Shown: positions 15,520 to 24,664, counted from the stretch's first letter. The stretch: DNA of 32,000 nucleotides from Geotalea daltonii FRC-32 (GCF_000022265.1 NC_011979.1:660001-692000); one strand, 5' to 3'. Notes: generated from the letters alone by a model not told the origin. Program-made: numbers and translations.

Positions 15520-15644
15520 TTGGTGATTGGTGATTGGTGATTGAGGGTGAATGGTGAATGGTGAATGGTGAATGGTGAATGGTGAATGGTAACTGGTAAC
15601 TGGTAACTGGTAACTGGTAACTGGTAACTGGCTGATAGGTGCTG
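15516..15644. repeat. three consecutive heptanucleotide tandem arrays: (GTGATTG)x4, (GTGAATG)x6, (GTAACTG)x6
   Basis: Read directly. Block 1 is 15516-15543 and overlaps the proA stop at 15517-15519. A 3-nt AGG spacer follows. Block 2 is 15547-15588 and block 3 is 15589-15630. Two degenerate units (GCTGATA, GGTGCTG) run up to the nadD RBS. Confidence 0.95.
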
Positions 15645-15651
15645 GAGGGTT

Positions 15652-16302
15652 ATGAGGATCGGTATTCTTGGGGGTACCTTTAACCCCATACATAATGCAC
15701 ATCTGCGCATTGCTGAAGAGGTGCGGGACAGGCTCGACCTGGAGCGGGTGATGTTTGTGCCGGCCGCCTCTCCACCCCACAAGCTCCTGGCGGGCGAGTT
15801 ATCCTTTGAGGTACGCTATGAAATGGTGCGGCTGGCCATTGCCGACAACCCCTTCTTTACTATTTCGGATATCGAAGGGAAGAGGGGGGGAACTTCTTAC
15901 TCCATTCACACTTTGCAGGAACTGCATCTGGCATACCCTGCCGACGAATTTTTCTTCATTATCGGCAGCGACTCCTTTCTCGATATTGGCTCCTGGAAGG
16001 AGTACGCGGCTATCTTCAACCTGTGCAACATCGTCGTCGTATCCCGTCCCGGTGCGGTTGCCGACCCGCTTGACAAGGCCCTGCCCGTTGCCATAGCTGA
16101 TCGGTTCTGCTACCATGCGGCGGAAAAACGCCTGACGCACAGCTCCGGCCATTCGGTCTACTCCATTGCCGGAACTCTGCTGGATATTTCCTCCAGCGAG
16201 ATCCGCACCCTGACACGGCAGGGGCGGTCAATCAGGTATCTGCTGCCCGCGACCGTGGAGCAATACATAAAGGAACAGAGGATTTATAACGATGGTCGAT
16301 AA
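15652..16302 (+). CDS. nadD: nicotinate-nucleotide adenylyltransferase
   Basis: MRIGILGGTFNPIHNAHL (the (H/T)xGH nucleotidyltransferase motif), and ISSSEIR near the C-terminus. Confidence 0.93.
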   Translation: MRIGILGGTFNPIHNAHLRIAEEVRDRLDLERVMFVPAASPPHKLLAGELSFEVRYEMVRLAIADNPFFTISDIEGKRGGTSYSIHTLQELHLAYPADEFFFIIGSDSFLDIGSWKEYAAIFNLCNIVVVSRPGAVADPLDKALPVAIADRFCYHAAEKRLTHSSGHSVYSIAGTLLDISSSEIRTLTRQGRSIRYLLPATVEQYIKEQRIYNDGR

Positions 16303-16678
16303 AAACGTGCTCAATTCAAGGGAACGCGCCATCCAGTGCGCTGCCCTGGCTTTGGACAAAAAAGCCCTGGATGTTAGAATTTATGAGATAAGCAGGCACT
16401 CCAGCATTGCCGATTACCTGGTCCTGGCAAACGGCCGCTCGGACAAACAGACCCAGGCCATTGCCGATTCGGTCCGGCAGGGGTTGAAGAAATTCGGCAA
16501 GGCGCTGGATATTGAAGGGATGCAGGAGGGGCGCTGGGTCATCATCGATTACGGCGATGTGATTGTGCACGTCTTCCAGGAAGAGGTTCGCCGCCATTAC
16601 AACCTGGATGAGATGTGGAACAACTGTCCGCTGGTGGAGATACCGGAACAATACCTGTGGGAAGATAAGGAAAAATGA
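16292..16678 (+). CDS. rsfS: ribosome silencing factor (iojap-like)
   Basis: 128 aa. DYLVLANGRSDKQTQAIAD...WVIIDYGDVIVHVF is typical of RsfS. It overlaps nadD by 11 nt. Confidence 0.9.
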   Translation: MVDKNVLNSRERAIQCAALALDKKALDVRIYEISRHSSIADYLVLANGRSDKQTQAIADSVRQGLKKFGKALDIEGMQEGRWVIIDYGDVIVHVFQEEVRRHYNLDEMWNNCPLVEIPEQYLWEDKEK

Positions 16679-17136
16679 GGCTCAAGGTCCTCTGGGTCGG
16701 TAAAACCCAGGAGGAATGGGTGAGGCGCGGCATTGACGAATATGCCGGCCGCATTGGCAGATATATGTCCATTGATCTCGCCGAAGCCAGGGATGAGAAG
16801 GGGGCAGCTGTCGAGGCAATGCGAGAGCGGGAGGGGGAGCGGCTTTTGAAGCTGTTGCCGAAAAATGCCCGGCTGGTGCTCCTTGATGAACGGGGTGAGC
16901 AGATGAGCTCCCCGGAACTGGCCCGCTTCCTGGCCACCAACCGGGACGGCGGCACCCAGGAACTGGTCTTCGTCATCGGCGGCGCCTACGGCTTCAGTGA
17001 CAGCCTGCGGGCAAAGGCATTCAAAACCATCTCTTTGTCCCGTATGACCTTTACCCACCAAATGGTGCGTATTTTTCTGCTGGAGCAACTCTATCGGGGC
17101 TTTACCATTATCAACGGCGAGCCCTATCACCATTAA
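16675..17136 (+). CDS. rlmH: 23S rRNA (pseudouridine1915-N3)-methyltransferase, SPOUT family
   Basis: 153 aa. LVFVIGGAYGFS...ISLSRMTFTHQMVRIFLLEQLYR. ATGA overlap with rsfS. Confidence 0.92.
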   Translation: MRLKVLWVGKTQEEWVRRGIDEYAGRIGRYMSIDLAEARDEKGAAVEAMREREGERLLKLLPKNARLVLLDERGEQMSSPELARFLATNRDGGTQELVFVIGGAYGFSDSLRAKAFKTISLSRMTFTHQMVRIFLLEQLYRGFTIINGEPYHH

Positions 17137-17244
17137 AACCAAATCCGCAGATGACACCAATTATGGGGATTTATTGCATCTGCGTACGCTGTGTCATCGG
17201 TGGATGTCATTTTGTTTTTCAATTCTGTTTCCAAGGAGATGCCA

Positions 17245-18786
17245 ATGCCGAAACAGCCGCTCATGCTGATGATTCTGGATGGATGGGGGATCAATCCACA
17301 GCGGGAGAATAACGCCATTGCCCAGGCGCGAACCCCCAACATGGATCGGCTCTGCGCCGAATATCCCTGTACCGAAATGGGAACATCGGGCATGTCGGTT
17401 GGCCTTCCCGAGGGGCAGATGGGCAATTCGGAGGTGGGGCATCTCAATATCGGCGCCGGGCGCATCGTTTATCAGGACCTGACCCGCATCTCCAAGTCCA
17501 TAGAAGATGGAGATTTCTTCACCAATCCGGTGCTTCTGGACTGCATAGCCAAAACCAAGGCTGCCGGCGGCAGGTTGCATCTGGCCGGACTTCTTTCCGA
17601 TGGTGGAGTCCATTCCCAGAACACCCATCTTTATGCCCTGCTCAGGCTGGCAAAGCAGCAGGGATTGGATGAGGTCTTCATCCATTGTCTGCTGGACGGC
17701 CGGGATACACCTCCCCAGAGCGGGGCAGACTACCTGGCTCAGCTGGAGGAGGAAATCGCAAGGATCGGTTGCGGCCGTATCGCCACGGTTATCGGCCGCT
17801 TTTATGCCATGGATCGGGATAACCGGTGGGAACGGGTGGAAAAGGCCTACCGGGCCATTGTCTGCGGCGATGGTGAGGAATTCTCCTCGGCTGCAGCAGC
17901 CATCGACAAGAGTTATGAAAACGGCGTCACCGACGAATTTGTCCTTCCTTCCGTTATTACTGCGGGGGGGGCTGCCATTGGCAAAATCAACGATGGCGAC
18001 GGGTTTATCTTCTTCAATTACCGTTCGGACCGTGCCCGGGAGATTACCCGCAGCCTGACCGACATCGCTTTTGCCGGTTTCCAGCGCCCCTGCTGGGCAA
18101 ATCTCGCCTCCTATGTCTGCATGACCACCTATGATGAGACCTTCGGCCTGCCGGTAGCCTTCGGCCCGGAGGAACTGAAAAATATCCTCGGCGAGGTGCT
18201 GGGCCGGGCGGGGCTCCGTCAGCTGCGCATTGCCGAGACGGAGAAATATGCCCACGTTACCTTTTTCTTTAACGGCGGCAGCGAGGTTCCCTTTCCCGGC
18301 GAAGACCGGGCGCTGATTCCCTCGCCGAAAGAGGTGGCTACTTATGACCAGAAGCCGGAAATGAGCGTCTATCACGTTACCGAAGAGCTCCTGCGGCGGC
18401 TTGATCAGGATATATACGATGTCATAATTCTCAACTTCGCCAATGCCGACATGGTGGGGCATACCGGCATCATGAGCGCCGCCATCAAAGCCATCGAAGC
18501 GGTTGACGAATGTGTTGGCACGCTGGTGGACAAAGTGCGAAGCCTTGGCGGCCGGGTCCTCATTACTGCCGATCACGGCAATGCCGAAATCATGACAGAT
18601 GAGGCCGGCGGTCCCCATACGGCCCATACCTGCGATGTGGTCCCTTTTATTCTGGTTGACGATACGCGGAAATCGGTGAAGCTGCAACCGGCGATCCTGG
18701 CCGACATTGCACCGACCATGCTGGAGATCCTGGGGGTGGAGAAACCGAAGGAAATGACCGGCAAAAGCCTTATTACGAACGCGTAA
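17245..18786 (+). CDS. gpmI: 2,3-bisphosphoglycerate-independent phosphoglycerate mutase
   Basis: [39 protein letters not shown] and TADHGNAE motifs. I chose the start at the ATG at 17245, 6 nt after AAGGAG. Confidence 0.95.
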   Translation: MPKQPLMLMILDGWGINPQRENNAIAQARTPNMDRLCAEYPCTEMGTSGMSVGLPEGQMGNSEVGHLNIGAGRIVYQDLTRISKSIEDGDFFTNPVLLDCIAKTKAAGGRLHLAGLLSDGGVHSQNTHLYALLRLAKQQGLDEVFIHCLLDGRDTPPQSGADYLAQLEEEIARIGCGRIATVIGRFYAMDRDNRWERVEKAYRAIVCGDGEEFSSAAAAIDKSYENGVTDEFVLPSVITAGGAAIGKINDGDGFIFFNYRSDRAREITRSLTDIAFAGFQRPCWANLASYVCMTTYDETFGLPVAFGPEELKNILGEVLGRAGLRQLRIAETEKYAHVTFFFNGGSEVPFPGEDRALIPSPKEVATYDQKPEMSVYHVTEELLRRLDQDIYDVIILNFANADMVGHTGIMSAAIKAIEAVDECVGTLVDKVRSLGGRVLITADHGNAEIMTDEAGGPHTAHTCDVVPFILVDDTRKSVKLQPAILADIAPTMLEILGVEKPKEMTGKSLITNA

Positions 18787-18828
18787 AAAGTCAGCTGGTT
18801 AGCGCTGATCTCCTGCTGTAAATAGTTA

Positions 18829-18931
18829 CCTCTCCCTGAGGGAGAGGGCAAGGGCGGGATGGGATGTTGTAGAATGGAACTCCGTTGCCCCCTCATCCGG
18901 CCTCCGGCCACCTTCTCCTTAAGGGAGAAGG
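18829..18931. repeat. pair of related GA/CT-rich perfect hairpins in the gpmI downstream spacer
   Basis: CCTCTCCC-tga-GGGAGAGG (18829-18847) and CCTTCTCC-ttaag-GGAGAAGG (18911-18931). No T-tracts follow either one. Confidence 0.5.
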
Positions 18932-19042
18932 GTTCAGCGGAAGACTAACACTGATCAGGAAAAATTATAAATAAGGGGTTTTAGGTTGAAAATAAAATCG
19001 GCGAAATCCGTGTAATCTGTGGATGCGTCTTAAGGAGGTAGT

Positions 19043-19711
19043 ATGAATTTCATTGCCATTAACGGCAGCCCCCACGCTCAGCGCGGCAATACGGGTCTAC
19101 TTCTGGATAAGGTGGTGGAAGGGGTACAGAGCGCCGGCGGCACCGTGGAGATGGTTTACCTTTCGAAAATAAAGGTAAATCCCTGCGTGGGTTGCGATGT
19201 CTGCCACAAGACGGGCAGCTGTCCCATCCCCGACGATTTCGAGGAGCTGAAGAAGAAGCTTCTGGCCTGCGATGGTTTCATCCTTGCCAGCCCCAACTAC
19301 ATAATGAGCGTTTCCGCCCAATTGAAGGCGTTGTTCGACCGCTGTTGCGGCATCATTCATTGCCAGGCCATGGACGGCAAGTATGGCGTGGTGGTGGAGA
19401 CATCCGGCGGAGGAGGCGATGAGCAGGTGATCGACTACATGCAGCGGGTGGTTGGCATGCTCGGGGCATGGTCCGTCGGCAGCGTCGGTTCATCCATTGC
19501 CGGTGAGCGCCTTTTTCCCGATCAGGACCGGTTGTTTGCCAAGGCAACGGCACTGGGGGAGGAACTGTATCGCGCCACACTGGAAAAAAGGGAGTATCCC
19601 GATCAGGCAGGGGCCAAGCTTGCCCTCAGTGCCTACATGCGCGGGTTGGTGGATTTGATGAAGGATTTCTGGCGCTATGAATATGATTACTGGACCAAAC
19701 TGGGAAAATAG
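19043..19711 (+). CDS. iron-sulfur flavoprotein / NADPH-dependent FMN reductase family protein
   Basis: Flavodoxin-like N-terminus MNFIAINGSPH. Compact CX2CX2CX5C motif (CVGCDVCHKTGSC) as in Isf-type proteins. AAGGAGG RBS. Confidence 0.8.
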   Translation: MNFIAINGSPHAQRGNTGLLLDKVVEGVQSAGGTVEMVYLSKIKVNPCVGCDVCHKTGSCPIPDDFEELKKKLLACDGFILASPNYIMSVSAQLKALFDRCCGIIHCQAMDGKYGVVVETSGGGGDEQVIDYMQRVVGMLGAWSVGSVGSSIAGERLFPDQDRLFAKATALGEELYRATLEKREYPDQAGAKLALSAYMRGLVDLMKDFWRYEYDYWTKLGK

Positions 19712-19734
19712 TGAAAGTTGAAAGGTGGTCGCAT

Positions 19735-20388
19735 ATGAGTCAAAGCAAGGAATTGATGGACTGGACATTTGAGCAGAAGTGCAAAAAGGCCGTGGCCGCC
19801 CTGGAAAAGAATGGTTTCACGGCGATCTACTGCCAAAGCGGAAAGGATGTCCATGACTATATCGTGAAAGAAGCGGCCGATGCAGCAAATATAGGCTTCG
19901 GCGGCTCCATGTCCGTGGCGGAACTGGAGGTTGCCGATCAACTCAGGGCCCAGGGGAAGGAGATATTGAACCATGGCCAGCCCGGTCTGTCCCTGGAAGA
20001 AAAGATGGCCACCATGAGACGTCAGCTCACCTGCGATCTGTTCCTTACCGGGACCAATGCCCTGACCCTTTCCGGCATTCTCGTCAATATCGATGCCTCG
20101 GGCAATCGGGTCGGTTCCATGTTCTTCGGACCGAAAAAAGTGATCGTCGTTGCCGGGCGCAACAAGCTGGTTGATGGCGACATCGATGCCGCCGTCAAGA
20201 GGGTCAAGGACTGGGCCAGTCCCCCCAATGCCAGGCGCCTCAATTATAATACTCCCTGCTCGAAGACCGGCTTCTGCTCCGATTGCAATTCCCCGGACCG
20301 CATCTGCCGCATTACCACAGTCATCGACAGAAAGCCGCGCCTTACCGACATGAGGGTGCTGGTGGTCAACGAGGACCTGGGTCTTTAG
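19735..20388 (+). CDS. LUD-domain (lactate-utilisation LutB/LutC-like, DUF162) protein
   Basis: IGFGGSMSV...LTGTNALTLSGILVNIDASGNRV...VVAGRNKLV resembles LUD_dom. I chose the start at the ATG at 19735. Confidence 0.7.
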   Translation: MSQSKELMDWTFEQKCKKAVAALEKNGFTAIYCQSGKDVHDYIVKEAADAANIGFGGSMSVAELEVADQLRAQGKEILNHGQPGLSLEEKMATMRRQLTCDLFLTGTNALTLSGILVNIDASGNRVGSMFFGPKKVIVVAGRNKLVDGDIDAAVKRVKDWASPPNARRLNYNTPCSKTGFCSDCNSPDRICRITTVIDRKPRLTDMRVLVVNEDLGL

Positions 20389-20391
20389 GCA

Positions 20392-21114
20392 TTGTTGTTC
20401 AGGTCTCTGCTGGACATCATCTTCCCACCCCTTTGCCACCTGTGCAGGGTATACATCCCGAATGCCGGGGATGTGCATCTCTGCACAAGTTGCCTCGAAC
20501 AGCTACATCCCGTCGCCTCACCGCTTTGCCCCATATGCGGCGTTCCTTTTGCCACCGAAGACGGCATTGACCACCGTTGCGGCGCCTGTTCTGTCCGTCG
20601 TCCAGCCTATGTGGCGGCGCGCGCCGCCTTTGTTTTCGACGGACCCATCCAGGAGCTCATCCACCGCTTCAAATATGCACATAAGACACACCTTTCCCGG
20701 CCGCTGGCGTTAATGACGGCTCGCCACCTTGCCGACTTTGCAGGCCAAACGGCAGCAGATATTGTCATACCTGTTCCATTGCACAAAAAGAGGCTGCGCT
20801 GGCGCAGCTATAATCAGGCGATACTTCTGGCAGCCGTGCTGTCCAAGGAGTGGCGGATCCCGCTCTCGCGCAATGCCCTGCAACGGACACGCTGGACTGA
20901 GCCGCAGATCAATCTTGCCGCGGACGAGCGTCAGCAGAACGTCAAGGGTGCCTTTGCCGTTGCCGAACCTGAACGGGTTGCCGACCGACGGATCATATTG
21001 ATTGATGATGTTTTCACTACCGGCAGTACTGTCGAAGAATGTGCGAAAACGCTAAAAAAGGCGGGTGCAGCGGAGATATTTATCATAACCGTTGCCAGGG
21101 CATTATCCAATTAA
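20392..21114 (+). CDS. comF: ComF-family protein (phosphoribosyltransferase domain)
   Basis: N-terminal Cys pairs (CHLC...CTSC...CPICG...CGAC) and the PRTase motif IILIDDVFTTGST. TTG start. Confidence 0.85.
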   Translation: MLFRSLLDIIFPPLCHLCRVYIPNAGDVHLCTSCLEQLHPVASPLCPICGVPFATEDGIDHRCGACSVRRPAYVAARAAFVFDGPIQELIHRFKYAHKTHLSRPLALMTARHLADFAGQTAADIVIPVPLHKKRLRWRSYNQAILLAAVLSKEWRIPLSRNALQRTRWTEPQINLAADERQQNVKGAFAVAEPERVADRRIILIDDVFTTGSTVEECAKTLKKAGAAEIFIITVARALSN

Positions 21115-21132
21115 CAAATGGGTACAAATTTA

Positions 21133-21161
21133 TTGACATGAATTAATCGGAAGGGTATAAG
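21133..21161 (+). promoter_or_regulatory. sigma-70-type promoter for the cytochrome c7 gene
   Basis: TTGACA (21133-21138), a 17-nt spacer, then TATAAG (21156-21161), about 40 bp upstream of the ATG. Confidence 0.5.
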
Positions 21162-21202
21162 AGCCTTGTTTGTCTATTTTAATTTCGTTGGAGGATCAAA
21201 GT

Positions 21203-21472
21203 ATGAAGAAAGTATTAGCTGTTGTATTGATGGTTGCTTTTTCTGCATCGGCTGCTTTTGCAGCCGACACCGTTGTCATGAAAGCAAAAAATGGTAACGT
21301 AACCTTCGATCACAAAAAGCATAGCGCTTCCGGTGATTGCAAATCCTGCCATGGTGAGGGGACTCCAGCCAAGTTGACATTGGGCAAGGATGCTGCCCAC
21401 AAGCTGTGCAAGGGTTGCCATGAGACCAAGAAAGCTGGTCCGACCAAGTGTGGTGAGTGCCACAAGAAGTAA
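21203..21472 (+). CDS. PpcA-family periplasmic triheme cytochrome c7
   Basis: 89 aa with a signal peptide ending AFA-AD, and three CXXCH motifs (CKSCH, CKGCH, CGECH). The KAKNGNVTFDHKKH and PTKCGECHKK regions resemble Geobacter Ppc proteins. GGAGGA RBS. Confidence 0.9.
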   Translation: MKKVLAVVLMVAFSASAAFAADTVVMKAKNGNVTFDHKKHSASGDCKSCHGEGTPAKLTLGKDAAHKLCKGCHETKKAGPTKCGECHKK

Positions 21473-21496
21473 ATCGGGCAGTACCGTTAAGAAAGG

Positions 21497-21521
21497 GGCC
21501 TCCATTTTGGGGGCCTTTTTT
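21497..21521 (+). terminator. rho-independent terminator after the cytochrome c7 gene
   Basis: GGCCTCC-attt-GGGGGCC stem (7 bp, including one G-U pair) followed by TTTTTTG. Confidence 0.65.
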
Positions 21522-21638
21522 GTTCGCTGGGGCTACAGAAGTTATGGGGAAACTACTTTTACTTGTAAAACACTATTTTATTTGTTATGGTTCTTGCGTG
21601 GGCTACAACTGAAAAGGCTTGATGACTGCGGAGATACT

Positions 21639-22094
21639 ATGGCAAATGGATTTGATTACACACGATTGAAACGTCTGATCACCATCTATTATGTGGTGCA
21701 GGGATTTCTCCTGGTGCTTTTGGCTGGAATTGCTTTCTGGCTGCAGGCACATGTGCCGCAGCAGATATTCATCAACAGTCTTATCAGGGCCGTGGTGGCG
21801 CAGGTTGTTCTTTTCTACCCGGTCTACAAATTTGCTGCCTATGAGGCAACTCGCGAAGTTTCTTCCTGCAGTACGTCCCTTTCTTCCCAGGAGGTACTGG
21901 GGCTGCGGCGGAAAAGAGTGACCGGCGACATCGTCAAGGCAGGGATCTTCGTATTTTTCCTGGTATTCATCCTCAGGGCGCCGCAGCTTCCAGGCGCGCA
22001 GTTCTCCATCCTCTTCGTCTTCATCCTCATGACGCTCTGCTATTTCCAGTGCTACAACTATGTCGCCAAGCGGCAGATGAAGGCTAACCCCTGA
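21639..22094 (+). CDS. hypothetical membrane protein (151 aa)
   Basis: I chose the ATG at 21639 (MANGFDYTRLK...). About four hydrophobic segments. The ORF-track start at 21390 would run through the cytochrome gene and its terminator. Confidence 0.6.
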   Translation: MANGFDYTRLKRLITIYYVVQGFLLVLLAGIAFWLQAHVPQQIFINSLIRAVVAQVVLFYPVYKFAAYEATREVSSCSTSLSSQEVLGLRRKRVTGDIVKAGIFVFFLVFILRAPQLPGAQFSILFVFILMTLCYFQCYNYVAKRQMKANP

Positions 22095-24597
22095 AAAATT
22101 CCGACATTGCGGCAAAGACTTCTTCCCCTTTTCCCTTGACCATTCTTACATCGGGAAGGGAGCGAAGAAAGGACTTGCCGTAATTTTTGGACAGAACACG
22201 GCTGTCCAGGATTAGCACCGCGCCACGGTCTTCCTTGCTCCTGATCAGCCTGCCGAAGCCCTGCTTGAATTTGATCACTGCCTGGGGCACCGTGTACTCC
22301 ATGAATGGGTCTCCACCCAGGGAGGCTATGTGCTCGGCCCGTGCTTCCAGAATCGGTTCTGTCGGCACCCTGAATGGCAGGCGGGTGATTATCACCTGTT
22401 CCAGCGCCTTCCCCTTGACATCCACCCCTTCCCAAAATGAGTCGGTGCCAAACAGCACAGGATTGTGCCCCTTTTTGAACTGGGAGAGGAGCAGATGCCG
22501 GTTGATCTCACCCTGGCGCATGGGGGTAAGTCCCGCCTTTTTCAGAGGCTCTGCCAGCCGGCTGTAAATACGGCTGAGCAGGCTGTAGGAGGTGAAAAGA
22601 ACAAAGGCTCTCCCTTGGGAAATACCCAGTGCCTGCAGCAGGTACTTGTTCAGTACCGGCTCGAATCCAGATGCCACCGGCTCGGGAATATCGGTGGGTA
22701 TGCCGACAAAAGTCTGCTTTTGATAATCGAAAGGGGATGCAAGGAGTAGCTCGCTTACCCTTGGGCCGGGTACCATGCTGAGGCCGGTTCGCTTTTTCAG
22801 GTAATCGAAGCGCTCCCCCACCGCCAGGGTGGCAGAGGTGACGATAACCGTCTTGAACTTATCGAAAACAACTTTTTTCAGGGATTCCGCCACCTCCAGA
22901 GGGGAAGAGCAGAGCTTGACCACCAGCCCCTTGGTCGTCTTTTTAGATTCGAACCAGCGGCAGAATCCTTCTTCCCGCGCCACAAAGAAACGCAGGTTTA
23001 CCTGGGCCGTTTCCAGCCTCCCTCTTACTCCCTTCAGGTCAACCAGGCTGCCCGCCAGTTTTTCCAGCACCTTGTCGGGGAGTTTTTCACATGCCTTGAG
23101 AAAGTTCTTCAGGGCAATAACATACTCGCCAATCTCCCGGCACAGTTCGTTGACCCGATCTTCCACCTCGACCCACAGGGGCGTTGAGTAAATGGTAAGG
23201 GTAAGACGTAACTTGATCTCTTCCTTACTGCCGGCATCCTTGCGCAGGTGCGAGTTCAGGGCAATGCCGATGGCATCCATGGCGCGGTTCATGGTGTCGG
23301 TGAGGGTAAGCCGTCGGGGAATAAGCCTTCCTTCCAGGATGGCTGCAACTTCCATATATATATCATCCATGGCTTCCGGCACTTCACGGGAAAGCTGGGT
23401 GGAAAGGAGCGGCAGCAATCCCCTCTGCGTCTTGCGCGGGTGCTGTAGCTTACCCAGGATCCTTAAGAGGCCGTTGCGCGAGACTTGGGCGGAGAGAAAG
23501 CTGGTGGCCACGTCTTCCAGATGGTGCCCCTCATCGAAGATGATGCGTTCGAAGGGTGGAAGGATGGCGGTGGAGCCATAGCCGGTTTCCTGCCGCACGG
23601 CAACGTCTGCCATGAGCAGGGCATGGTTGACCACCAGCAGGTCGGCGCCGGCTGCCTCCCGCCGGGCCTTATAGAAAAAGCAGCGGGCATAATGGGGGCA
23701 CTTGACCCTGCCGCACTGATCAGCCTCACATGAGATCTCGTCCCATGTCTCATCACGGGGAATGAATGAGAGATCGCTGCGGCAGCCTTCACCGGTCTTG
23801 CCGCTCCAGTCGATGATGGTCTGGAGCTCATTGGCTGCATCATCTTTGAATAGGGTCGGCTCGGCCTTGACACTCTCCAGCTTGCGCAGGCAGAGGTAAT
23901 TGTTGCGCCCCTTGACCAGCACGGCCCGGAACTCAATCTCACCGTGCTTCTGGAGAAAAGGAATATCTTTCTTGATCAGCTGTTCCTGGAGGTTGATGGT
24001 GTTGGTGGAGATGACGACCCTCTCCTTGTTGCGCAGACCCCAGAGGGCGGCGGGGAGGAGGTAGGCGAGGGATTTGCCTATGCCGGTACCGGCCTCGATA
24101 ACGGCGATGCGCTCCTCGTTGAAGGCTTCGGCTACGGCAAAGGCCATGCGCGTTTGTTCGGCGCGGTGTTCGTAGCCCTTCAGGTGTTCGGCAAGCACTC
24201 CACCCGGTGCATACCACCGTTCCAGTTCCGGATAGGAAAGGCGCTCCAGCACCGTGCGGGCAAAGGGGGAAACAGCCTGATAACAGCGCTCCACGGCATT
24301 GTCGACGATGTAGAAGCCGACTCCCTGATTACCCATGAGGGAGGCAATCTCGATATCTGCCTGGGAAGGGGTGAGAATGCCTGATGGGTGGTTGTGGATG
24401 ACCACATCCCCGAAGGAGGTGACGATCATGATAGCGGCTACCGCATCGACATTGCCCCGTGCCAGCGGTTCGGCATCGATCACTACTTTGGCTTCGTCGG
24501 TGCGGCCGAGGAAAAAAACCTCGTTGCCGCCTGCGTCTGATATTGCTTCACGCATCTGCAGCAGCGCGTTTTCGGAGAAGTAACGTTTCATCTTCAC
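22084..24597 (-). CDS. dinG: DinG/XPD-family Fe-S ATP-dependent DNA helicase with an N-terminal JAB/MPN (RadC-like) domain
   Basis: N-terminal JAMM motif VIHNHPSGILTPSQAD. Walker A AGTGIGKS. DEGHHL box. Four-Cys cluster CEADQCGRVKCPHYARC. C-terminal helicase motifs (TSATL, GTDSFWEGVD, QGFGRLIR). Confidence 0.9.
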   Translation of the reverse strand: MKMKRYFSENALLQMREAISDAGGNEVFFLGRTDEAKVVIDAEPLARGNVDAVAAIMIVTSFGDVVIHNHPSGILTPSQADIEIASLMGNQGVGFYIVDNAVERCYQAVSPFARTVLERLSYPELERWYAPGGVLAEHLKGYEHRAEQTRMAFAVAEAFNEERIAVIEAGTGIGKSLAYLLPAALWGLRNKERVVISTNTINLQEQLIKKDIPFLQKHGEIEFRAVLVKGRNNYLCLRKLESVKAEPTLFKDDAANELQTIIDWSGKTGEGCRSDLSFIPRDETWDEISCEADQCGRVKCPHYARCFFYKARREAAGADLLVVNHALLMADVAVRQETGYGSTAILPPFERIIFDEGHHLEDVATSFLSAQVSRNGLLRILGKLQHPRKTQRGLLPLLSTQLSREVPEAMDDIYMEVAAILEGRLIPRRLTLTDTMNRAMDAIGIALNSHLRKDAGSKEEIKLRLTLTIYSTPLWVEVEDRVNELCREIGEYVIALKNFLKACEKLPDKVLEKLAGSLVDLKGVRGRLETAQVNLRFFVAREEGFCRWFESKKTTKGLVVKLCSSPLEVAESLKKVVFDKFKTVIVTSATLAVGERFDYLKKRTGLSMVPGPRVSELLLASPFDYQKQTFVGIPTDIPEPVASGFEPVLNKYLLQALGISQGRAFVLFTSYSLLSRIYSRLAEPLKKAGLTPMRQGEINRHLLLSQFKKGHNPVLFGTDSFWEGVDVKGKALEQVIITRLPFRVPTEPILEARAEHIASLGGDPFMEYTVPQAVIKFKQGFGRLIRSKEDRGAVLILDSRVLSKNYGKSFLRSLPDVRMVKGKGEEVFAAMSEFFRG

Positions 24598-24630
24598 AGA
24601 AGATACATGCTTTAATTGGGTGCTGCAACG

Positions 24631-24664
24631 AAAAAAGGGGCGGCAATACGCCGACCCCTCTTTT
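24631..24664 (-). terminator. rho-independent terminator after the second cytochrome c7 gene
   Basis: The minus-strand RNA reads GGGGUCGGC-guauu-GCCGCCCC (8 GC pairs, one bulge) followed by UUUUUU. Confidence 0.65.

Noticed and set aside
15516-15644. Possible CRISPR array.
   Set aside because: The units are 7 bp long and directly abutting, with no unique spacers and no cas genes. It is a microsatellite, not a CRISPR array.
15346-15782. Minus-strand ORFs that translate the heptad arrays into repetitive peptides (QLPVTSY..., HSPFTIH...).
   Set aside because: The periodic peptide is a direct by-product of 7-bp repeats read in rotating frames. The ORFs overlap proA and nadD, and neither has an RBS.
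17194-18687. Very long antisense ORFs: 497 aa opposite gpmI, and similar ones at 28889-30136 opposite flhA, 19687-20478, 25158-25901 and 31284-31958.
   Set aside because: Each lies entirely opposite a gene with unmistakable family motifs. The products are low-complexity and Gly/Arg/Pro-rich, which is the usual antisense open frame in GC-rich coding DNA.
21390-21638. Upstream extension of the 21390-22094 ORF.
   Set aside because: It would run through the 3' end of the cytochrome c7 gene and its terminator. The membrane protein most plausibly starts at the ATG at 21639.
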